From Poseidonia sp. (GTDB lineage: Archaea; Thermoplasmatota; Poseidoniia; Poseidoniales; Poseidoniaceae): a stretch of 62,619 nucleotides of DNA. Position 1 is the stretch's first letter. The number at the start of each line of letters is the position of its first letter. The notes beneath the pieces are model-generated. The model was not told the origin of the DNA. It saw only the letters and a program-made list of their open reading frames with translations, and searched no databases. The DNA lies in NCBI GenBank assembly GCA_049617635.1, contig JBMZJQ010000004.1, forward strand, positions 1-62,619, written 5' to 3'. Positions 33,932 through 41,156 of this stretch are shown in pieces. The translations under genes and the position numbers were made by a program.

Positions 33932-34396
33932 ATGGGCAGGAACGGCAAATCAGGAGAGACGGTGCTCGGTGAACTCGCAGGGAAGGACCTCAACAACGAT
34001 GGTGTCGTGATCAACCTCATCATTTGTGGCAATTCACGCTACTACGACTACAGCTTTATCGAGCAAGAACTCGAATTATGGGTCAAGTACAACGGATATC
34101 CGGATGTGGTGATTTTAGGAGGTGCCAGTGGTGTTGACTATCTGGCTGAACGTTGGGCAGACAACAACAACATCCCACTGGCCGTGTTTCAAGAAGCATG
34201 GACGAGCCCTCGCCCAAACAGGGCCGAGGACACGGGCCGACCTGAAGCGGTGGCGGATCTCGCCGACCGCATGGTCAAGTATGCCACGCACATGTTGGCG
34301 TTTCCCGGTCCGAAATCAAAATGGACCAAACGTATGGAAGAAACTGCACAGAAGGCTGGTCTGCCGGTGGTGAGCATACCACTGCCGATGGAGTGA
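33932..34396 (+). CDS. SLOG-superfamily / DUF2493-like protein
   Basis: INLIICGNSRYYDY...VVILGGASGVDYLAERWADNNNIP matches the DUF2493 pattern (xxGxR...D......GGAxGADxxAxxWA). It is preceded by a visibly AT-rich 274-bp spacer. Confidence 0.6.
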   Translation: MGRNGKSGETVLGELAGKDLNNDGVVINLIICGNSRYYDYSFIEQELELWVKYNGYPDVVILGGASGVDYLAERWADNNNIPLAVFQEAWTSPRPNRAEDTGRPEAVADLADRMVKYATHMLAFPGPKSKWTKRMEETAQKAGLPVVSIPLPME

Positions 34397-35650
34397 TCAG
34401 TACACGTCGCGCAAGTAGCGCTTTTGCTCCTTCATCATGGTCTTCTCGATGAAGTGCGTGGCGTCGTCTTCGGACATACCGCCGTGGTCGATAGCGATTT
34501 GAATCAAGGCTCGGTGAACGTCTTTGGCCATGTACTGCTTGTCGCCGCAGATGTAGAAGTAAGCGCCTCGCTCGAACCACTCCCAAATTTCAGCGCCGTG
34601 TTCTTTGAGGCGATGTTGAACGTAAATTTTCTCTTCTTGGTCTCGAGACCACGCCGTGGTAAACCGGTACAGATGGCCTTCATCAATCCACGACTCAATT
34701 TCATCCTTGTAGTAAAACTCGGTTTTCTCTGACTGGTCTCCAAAGAAGAGCCAGTTCTTACCGCCGCCACCGTCGTGAACACGCTGTTCCATGAAGGCAC
34801 GGAACGGAGCGATGCCCGTACCTGGTCCGACCATGATGATGTCGGTTTCTTTATCCTCAGGGAGGATGAACGACTTGGTAGGCGACATGAAGACGCCGAT
34901 GGGCGCACCAGACGTGTCAATTTCATCGGCCATGAATTGGGTGCACAGACCACCACGGGCTCGACCGTTGTATTCGAAGCGAACGATACCCACGGTCAAC
35001 TCAACGAAGCCCGGGTGGGCGTCATGGGACGAGGCAATGGAATACAACCGAGGTTTCAGTTTGTCAGCGAGTTCCATGAACTCTTCAGGGGCGTACTTGA
35101 CGTCAAATTCACGCATGATGTCGATGTAGTCCCTGGTCCAGAGATAATCGGCGATGGTGTCAGCGTCGGCGTTGATGGCTTCCACTTTGGAGGCCGGGTC
35201 GTCGGATGGTGCAGAAGGGCGCAAAGCGGAGGGTGTGGGTTCGTCATCGCTGGCCTGCCAAGTCGACGCGTTTCGGGTTCTGGAAAGCATGTTCATCGAG
35301 ATGCTCATGCCGCTGGAAACCACCTTTTCTGCCAGGGAATGAACGAATTTTTTGTTCGCCATGTGAACTTCGAAATCCTTCTTGAGGGCTTCGTAGAGGG
35401 TTCGCTCGCCGTTGTGAGTGGTCACGCTCATGTCTCGGTCCCATCCCTGCACGTCGATCAGTTCCTCGACGATGTGAGGGGGATTTTCAGCAATCACGCC
35501 GAGGGCGTCGCCGACTTTGTAGTCCAGTCCGGAGTCCCCGAGTTCGAAGACAATGTGACGGGTTTCTTTGCGAGAGCCTTCTCCGTTGAGGATGAAATTC
35601 TCGGTAATTTTTGTCATGTAGGGGTTCTTTGCGGACCAATCGGACGCCAT
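34397..35650 (-). CDS. CysJ/CPR-type FAD- and NADPH-binding reductase lacking the flavodoxin domain
   Basis: PRLYSIASS, GPGTGIAPFRAF, LFFG, YVQHRL, YICGD and a C-terminal RYLRDVY. Confidence 0.85.
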   Translation of the reverse strand: MASDWSAKNPYMTKITENFILNGEGSRKETRHIVFELGDSGLDYKVGDALGVIAENPPHIVEELIDVQGWDRDMSVTTHNGERTLYEALKKDFEVHMANKKFVHSLAEKVVSSGMSISMNMLSRTRNASTWQASDDEPTPSALRPSAPSDDPASKVEAINADADTIADYLWTRDYIDIMREFDVKYAPEEFMELADKLKPRLYSIASSHDAHPGFVELTVGIVRFEYNGRARGGLCTQFMADEIDTSGAPIGVFMSPTKSFILPEDKETDIIMVGPGTGIAPFRAFMEQRVHDGGGGKNWLFFGDQSEKTEFYYKDEIESWIDEGHLYRFTTAWSRDQEEKIYVQHRLKEHGAEIWEWFERGAYFYICGDKQYMAKDVHRALIQIAIDHGGMSEDDATHFIEKTMMKEQKRYLRDVY

Positions 35651-35782
35651 TTCCTCACCTCAGCCCCTTGGGGGTTGGTTTTTCCATCAAAGGTCGCTAT
35701 ATCATGGTTGGTATGACTTCACATCACCCTTGCCATCCCGCACCACCGATGAGCAGAAGAAGAACGAGAGCGTCGGCGCTTC

Positions 35783-36580
35783 ATGGCCCATCGCGTGGAC
35801 ATGATGGGAACGGGGAACGCCTTCCTCCCTCATGGCCGACACCATTCGTTCGCGATGATTGACGGCAAGCACATCATCGATGCACCCCCCACTGCGCTCG
35901 CGGGATTGCGTCGGCTGGGTCACGATGTTGCAAGCATCGAGACCGTCTTCATTACCCATGTTCACGGTGACCATGTCTTTGGCTTTCCATTTCTGCTGCT
36001 CGAACGAAAATACATCTCCGACCGGGAGGGTACGAAGCCCTTGCGTGTGGTCGGAACGCCGTTTGTGAAGGAGCGGCTCTCCTCCCTCTGCCAACTGGCC
36101 TTCCCCGGTTCGCTTGAAAGCATGCTTGACGCCGTTGAGTGGGACATGAGGGATGTTGGAGGTACCGATGACGGATGGTCCTGGGAACGCTTTGATGTTC
36201 ATCACGACGATGCCGTCGAACCCCACGGCTATCGATTTGAACACGAAAGCGGAGCTTCCTTCGTTCACAGCGGTGATTCTGGCCCGTGCGACGCCCTTTA
36301 CGAAGCGATTGAACGGTCTCATTTGGCGATCATTGAGATGGGTTTTCCTGATTGGGTCCCATCCACGCACCATCACAAGCCTGCAGATATCGAGTCGTTG
36401 GCTCGTCGATGTACGACACCCCTCGGGGTCACCCATACGTTCATCGACGATGCAAGCCCTTACTCGCCGGTCTTGACCGACGCCCTTCCCGACCACCCCT
36501 CTCATGTCCACCACCTTCGCGACGGGCAAGTGGTGGTTTGGACCGGTTCAGAATGGTCGTTCACCCTGCCGCCCTCGTGA
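35783..36580 (+). CDS. Metallo-beta-lactamase-fold hydrolase (RNase Z/PhnP-like)
   Basis: FITHVHGDHVFGFPFLL contains the HxHxDH motif. Later residues: HSGD and H. Confidence 0.8.
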   Translation: MAHRVDMMGTGNAFLPHGRHHSFAMIDGKHIIDAPPTALAGLRRLGHDVASIETVFITHVHGDHVFGFPFLLLERKYISDREGTKPLRVVGTPFVKERLSSLCQLAFPGSLESMLDAVEWDMRDVGGTDDGWSWERFDVHHDDAVEPHGYRFEHESGASFVHSGDSGPCDALYEAIERSHLAIIEMGFPDWVPSTHHHKPADIESLARRCTTPLGVTHTFIDDASPYSPVLTDALPDHPSHVHHLRDGQVVVWTGSEWSFTLPPS

Positions 36581-36786
36581 ACGCGAGAGCGGTTGCAAAA
36601 TGTTCATTTTTGAAAAAAATGGGGTGCCTTTATATCACATTTTAACCGGTTGATTCCAGTTGAATTGAACCTCTCCCAAGTTCAACCGTGGACAGGCATA
36701 TAAGGGGGACTCGGACTCACCGAAACCATGGCGGTGAGTCCGGCGAGGACTCTTCTGTCGCTGGTATAAATAGGAGATGAACCGAG
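36581..36786. promoter_or_regulatory. orc1/cdc6 upstream region: AT-rich tract, ORB-like dyad, two inverted repeats, TATA-like boxes (candidate replication origin and/or promoter)
   Basis: AT-rich tract at 36598-36650. TTCCAGTTGAA at 36655-36665. IR TTGAAC/GTTCAA at 36665-36685. Perfect 11-bp IR CGGACTCACCG/CGGTGAGTCCG at 36712-36742. ATATAA at 36698-36703 and TATAAATA at 36765-36772. GGAG lies 10 nt before the ATG. Confidence 0.3.
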
Positions 36787-38028
36787 ATGGAACCAAACAT
36801 CTTTGACAAGTTCATTTCGCAAAAAACCCTCTTCAAAAACAAAGAAAATCTTCGCCACAATTTCCGCCCTGCACAACTGCCCCATCGGCAGGAAGAGATT
36901 GAGAAAATCTCCTACAACCTTTGGGAGGCACTCAAGGGCCACATTCCCTCCAACATGACCTTGTACGGGGTCACCGGAGCGGGGAAAACCGCTGTCACCG
37001 ATTACGTATGCCATCACCTCAAGGTGAAGGGTGAAACGATGAATCGGAAGGTGGAGGCCATCATGGTGAATTGCCGCCAAATCGACACGCAGTACAGAGT
37101 ACTGAGTCACATTGGAAATTCGTTGCTTGAAGCTCACGAACAAGACGAGATTCCGTTCACTGGGTGGCCAACCGACCGTGTGTTCAACGAACTCGTGCGC
37201 CGAATGGACCAGCGAGGTGGGGTGTTTGTCATCGTTCTGGACGAGATCGACCACCTCGTTCGCAAGGCGGGGGACGATCTTCTCTACAACCTGACCAGCA
37301 TGAATTCGTCCCTCAACAACGCCCGTGCGTGCGTTATTGGCATCTCCAACGATCTCAAGTTTACCGATTTCCTTGACCCGCGAGTTCGCTCCCGACTGGG
37401 GCAACTCGATGTGTTGTTCAAACCCTACGACGCTGAACAGCTTCAGGACATTCTTCGCCAGCGTGCAAAAAACGGCCTCAACGAGAACGTCCTCGGTTCA
37501 GGTGTCATTGAATTGTGTGCAGCACTGGCCGCCCAAGAGCACGGCGACGCTCGTTGCGCGCTTGACCTTCTGAGAATCTCTGCAGAGAAGGCTGAACAAG
37601 CCGGGGACGAGCACGTGGATCAAAACCATGTTCGCGTGGCCCAAAGTCAAATCGAATCCGACCAGATGACCCCTGTCATCGCCTCGCTACCAAGTCAACA
37701 AAAATTGGTGCTGGCCTCCGTCATCATCAACGAACGCAACGGCCTGCGCAACGTGCAAACCGGCCAAGTCTACGACATCTACCAGCAAATGTGCAAGTAT
37801 ATCCGGCAAAACCCGCTGACTCAACGCAGAATTTCCGGACTCATTTCCAACCTTGACATGCTCGGCCTCATCACCGCCCGAACGGTCAGCAAGGGCCGTT
37901 ATGGTCGTTCAAAGGAAATCAACTCCTGCATCCCCCCCAACATCAACGCTCAGGAAATCATGTCCACCGCTGAGGAAGAAATAGGCATCGTCTTCGCTGC
38001 CAACTACCACCACCAGACGTCGTTGTGA
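36787..38028 (+). CDS. cdc6: Orc1/Cdc6 replication initiator (AAA+ plus C-terminal winged helix)
   Basis: PHRQEEIEKI (the archaeal Orc1 L-x-x-RE-x-E motif region), Walker A LYGVTGAGKTAV, Walker B FVIVLDEID, and sensor plus C-terminal wH regions. Confidence 0.95.
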   Translation: MEPNIFDKFISQKTLFKNKENLRHNFRPAQLPHRQEEIEKISYNLWEALKGHIPSNMTLYGVTGAGKTAVTDYVCHHLKVKGETMNRKVEAIMVNCRQIDTQYRVLSHIGNSLLEAHEQDEIPFTGWPTDRVFNELVRRMDQRGGVFVIVLDEIDHLVRKAGDDLLYNLTSMNSSLNNARACVIGISNDLKFTDFLDPRVRSRLGQLDVLFKPYDAEQLQDILRQRAKNGLNENVLGSGVIELCAALAAQEHGDARCALDLLRISAEKAEQAGDEHVDQNHVRVAQSQIESDQMTPVIASLPSQQKLVLASVIINERNGLRNVQTGQVYDIYQQMCKYIRQNPLTQRRISGLISNLDMLGLITARTVSKGRYGRSKEINSCIPPNINAQEIMSTAEEEIGIVFAANYHHQTSL

Positions 38029-38062
38029 ACAGGTTGTCTGAACAAGGGCTTCACCCTTCGGT

Positions 38063-38656
38063 GTGCTTAAATGCACCACTCCAGTCGGCGAGGGCATGAG
38101 CGACGACGCTGGTGGCACGGACACCACGAAAAAAGTGGACGGCCCTGTTCCTGTTTACGCTCCTGCCATGGTGTTCATGGGAGCCTGGGGGATTCTGCTT
38201 GCTGTCCTCAACATGTTCAGCATGGCGCTCCCGAACCAGCGTGTTTCTTGGGGTGGTCTGCTGACCTTTGAAACCACCAACGCTGCCTTTGGTAGTGCGA
38301 TTGATGGCTTCCATTTCGAGCCCTTGGGCGATTCCATCTTCCTCGTTGCCTGTTTGGCCATGATCGGCTACGGCTTGAAGACCATTTCAGAACGCAGCGA
38401 TGTCTCGGCGTGGTTGAAAGGCCTGCTCAACAACGACACGTGGCCCGCCCTCAACGATTTGACCATCGGCGGTGGTCAGCGAACCCTTGCCGCATGGTGC
38501 CTTCTCTCCGGCCTCGCCTTCTACTTCTGGTTCGGCATCCAACACTCGGGTTGGATGGATGTTGGTGTGTACTCGGTCACCATCGCTTTGATGGGTTCTG
38601 GATTTGCACTTAACCACGCCAGCCGGGTCCCCCCAGGCGACGAAAACATCGACTGA
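38063..38656 (+). CDS. Hypothetical polytopic membrane protein
   Basis: 4-5 hydrophobic helices. No motif recognised. The start could be the internal ATG at about 38096. Confidence 0.55.
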   Translation: MLKCTTPVGEGMSDDAGGTDTTKKVDGPVPVYAPAMVFMGAWGILLAVLNMFSMALPNQRVSWGGLLTFETTNAAFGSAIDGFHFEPLGDSIFLVACLAMIGYGLKTISERSDVSAWLKGLLNNDTWPALNDLTIGGGQRTLAAWCLLSGLAFYFWFGIQHSGWMDVGVYSVTIALMGSGFALNHASRVPPGDENID

Positions 38657-38662
38657 TGGCAC

Positions 38663-39766
38663 TCAATGGCCGTTCCGCCTGAGCAAGGCGTCCATGCACC
38701 CAAGCAACAAGCCATGCCAGAGGGCGACCGACCACCGAAGGGTCAAGCCCCGAACAGCAAACATGGCCAAGAGCTTGCTGCCCGTGGTGGAACGCATCAC
38801 TTCCCGATTGACCACTCCCAGCGGGCCACGCCACAACAGCAATTCGTGAAACAACAACAAGGTAGCCGAGACACCCAACACCTGAACCTCCCAGCGATCC
38901 AACGAGGAGGTGGGATTCGAAAGGTCACCGCTGGCCAAAGACCAAAGGAACGGAACGCCGGCCGAGAGAATAGCCAACCACAACGGAAGCAAACACAACA
39001 CCATGCTTGAACTTCCGAGAAAATCAAAGCCCGGACCTTGGCGCTTTCGCCGTGGGAAATGGCGAACAATGCGGACGTGGGCGCGAGCATCCCGCTTGCG
39101 TTTTGAGAGAAAATGCTTGATGCCGGATTCGGGAACATGGCGCACGATGGCTTCTGGTGCGTAGACGATGGTGCCACCAGCATCGAGAAGGCGCAGGCTC
39201 ACTTCCATGTCCTCTGCGTGGTACCAAGCAGGGTCGAACCCACCCACCTCGACCAACGCCTGCCGATGGAACATCGAACACGGTCCGTTGGCCAGGCTTG
39301 TCCGTCTTGGGCGGGAACGGTATTTTGAAGCGATTTCAACCGAACGAAGACGGCTGACCAAATCGCTCGCCTGTTCAAACACCGTTCTTCCTGTCACGGC
39401 CACAATGCGTTCGGCGTGGGAAATCGGCTCTGATTCAGCCATGAGGTTGGTAATCCAGTCGGGTTCGGGACGGACATCGATGTCCGTGATGGCCACCCAT
39501 TCCCCTCGAGCCGCTTCAAGTGCCCATTGACGGCCCGCCGACAGGCCAAGAGGCGCTTGATGATGGATTCGTACCGATGGACCGTTGGTACCATCGGGAT
39601 CGTGATAGGGGTCCATGATGGTCTCGGCTCCATCATCCGAACCGTCGTTGACAGCAAGAATCTCGATGTTTGGATAGGTCTGAGCCTTCAAGGCATCGAG
39701 GCAACCCGCAATCCAGGATGCCCCGTTACGGACGCACACCGTGATGGAAACCAAGGGTTGAGGCAA
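38663..39766 (-). CDS. Family 2 glycosyltransferase with C-terminal TM helices
   Basis: VSITVCVRNGASWIAGCLDALKAQTYPNIEILAVNDGSDDG (the GT2 N-terminal fold with a DxD-type DGSDD), then ITDIDV. Confidence 0.85.
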   Translation of the reverse strand: MPQPLVSITVCVRNGASWIAGCLDALKAQTYPNIEILAVNDGSDDGAETIMDPYHDPDGTNGPSVRIHHQAPLGLSAGRQWALEAARGEWVAITDIDVRPEPDWITNLMAESEPISHAERIVAVTGRTVFEQASDLVSRLRSVEIASKYRSRPRRTSLANGPCSMFHRQALVEVGGFDPAWYHAEDMEVSLRLLDAGGTIVYAPEAIVRHVPESGIKHFLSKRKRDARAHVRIVRHFPRRKRQGPGFDFLGSSSMVLCLLPLWLAILSAGVPFLWSLASGDLSNPTSSLDRWEVQVLGVSATLLLFHELLLWRGPLGVVNREVMRSTTGSKLLAMFAVRGLTLRWSVALWHGLLLGCMDALLRRNGH

Positions 39767-40786
39767 TCAACGCACCTCAAACAATTCGAGCAATCGTCGG
39801 CATCGTGCTTTGGTTTCGAGCCGACTGGACTGAACCACCACCCCTTCCCTGGGTTGACCGTACACCACCACGGCATGGACGGGGGCAAGAAGGTGAATGA
39901 ACAACGGCGCCAAATCTTCCTCACCGTCGACCACGATGACCGTTGAACCATCGTTGCTCAAAGCGTGTTGGATGGCTTGGTGCAGGGAAGGTGTCAATTC
40001 ACCGGCTGGATTGATCGCTGTCAGTCGGTGGGAAAAGGGTTCAAGATCGACCAGGTCGCTCTCTGCGAGGGCTTGGCGTTTGGTTTGGCCGTCGACCAAG
40101 GCGAGGTCGGGGGTCACGCCGATGGCGAGCATCGTCGCCACCGTGACATCGCCCACCGCCACCAGAAGGGTTCGTTCCACGTCCATTTCATCAAGCGCCG
40201 CATACATGGCCACCTCGGGATTGGATTCGGGCCCTTTGTACAGAACCCCCATGGGTGTTTTCAATTCCGGTTCAGCGTCAGGATGCATACGAAGCGTTCG
40301 TTCCAACCAGGACGGTGAAAACCATGGATGGCCCTCTTGGTCAATGTGGCCTCCACGAATGCGCGAGGAACTGATGATGTTCCCGGTCATGTCCGCCATG
40401 TGGGGGACCTCAAGAATGGCAAGGGAAGGAAGACCAGCTTTCTCACGGTGCTGATTGATGGCCTCGCACTGAAGCCTGGTTTCGGGGGTAGCGACGATGC
40501 AATCAGCCGTAAGATGGGTAGGGGCAGGCCCGTGGACGTCCTCAAGGAGATGAACGGTGGCCCGGTTGGGGGCATGGACCTCAACCCAGTCGAGCAATAC
40601 GTCGCGGCGGGTCTCGAAGGATTGGATGTGGTCCGATTTGGCATCGGCCATCGCATCGCTGGTGATGTGAATCTCAACATGGGTTGCAGCACGCTGGGCT
40701 GCATCGAGGAGCAAGCGGTGGCCGGCATGGAATCGGTCAAAGGTGCCGCCGACCAAACAACGTTGGAACCGTTGCCCGCCTTCCAT
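39767..40786 (-). CDS. Fusion of archaeal-type phosphopantetheine adenylyltransferase (PPAT) and DUF359 GTP-dependent dephospho-CoA kinase (last two CoA biosynthesis steps)
   Basis: The N-terminus has VGGTFDRFHAGHRLLL (cytidylyltransferase GxFDxxHxGH). The C-terminal half has VAVGDVTVATM...PDLALVDGQTKR...VVDGEEDLAPL...VVVYGQPREGVV, typical of DUF359. Confidence 0.8.
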   Translation of the reverse strand: MEGGQRFQRCLVGGTFDRFHAGHRLLLDAAQRAATHVEIHITSDAMADAKSDHIQSFETRRDVLLDWVEVHAPNRATVHLLEDVHGPAPTHLTADCIVATPETRLQCEAINQHREKAGLPSLAILEVPHMADMTGNIISSSRIRGGHIDQEGHPWFSPSWLERTLRMHPDAEPELKTPMGVLYKGPESNPEVAMYAALDEMDVERTLLVAVGDVTVATMLAIGVTPDLALVDGQTKRQALAESDLVDLEPFSHRLTAINPAGELTPSLHQAIQHALSNDGSTVIVVDGEEDLAPLFIHLLAPVHAVVVYGQPREGVVVQSSRLETKARCRRLLELFEVR

Positions 40787-40860
40787 GCGCTGTGGTCATG
40801 CCGTAGGAATATGATTTCATCGCCCATCGGGAGACGATTTTCAAGATTTGAGCAGGCTGT

Positions 40861-40922
40861 ACCCCGCCACCTAACGGCCTCGTTCACAGTTTCCTCGGAG
40901 GCCTGACCCTCGGTGGCGGGGT
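40861..40922 (-). promoter_or_regulatory. Strong nested stem-loop about 75 nt upstream of the PPAT/DPCK start
   Basis: Perfect 11-bp outer stem ACCCCGCCACC (40861-40871) / GGTGGCGGGGT (40912-40922). It encloses a 6-bp inner stem GGCCTC (40876-40881) / GAGGCC (40898-40903). Confidence 0.3.
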
Positions 40923-41156
40923 GTGCTGTCCGGTAAGGTGGTTGTCTTGTGTTCATTCTTGCGTCGCACAAGGACCCATAACCCACCGGTGGTTTACCGC
41001 ATTTGCACCGAGATTCATCCCCCGAAGGGTCGTCCCAGTCTTCGATTGCGGCCGTACACATGGTGTCGGACATCATAGCAATTTCACAGTAGCTCAGCCC
41101 GATGTTGCAGGTACGGTACGTGGTGCTCACGCCGACTCCCTATTAAGGCAGCGGCA

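Noticed and set aside
35702-36529. Minus-strand ORF of 275 aa opposite the metallo-beta-lactamase gene.
   Set aside because: The plus strand encodes the HxHxDH motif and a coherent MBL fold. The minus ORF is a shadow.
36682-37404. Minus-strand ORF of 240 aa overlapping the orc1/cdc6 5' half and its upstream spacer.
   Set aside because: Orc1/Cdc6 on the plus strand is unambiguous (Walker A/B motifs). The antisense translation is featureless.
40387-41130. Full-length 247-aa minus-strand ORF as a real protein.
   Set aside because: Its last ~130 codons overlap the PPAT/DPCK gene out of frame by 400 nt. Only the first ~60-110 codons look coding. It is kept as a finding, not as a feature.
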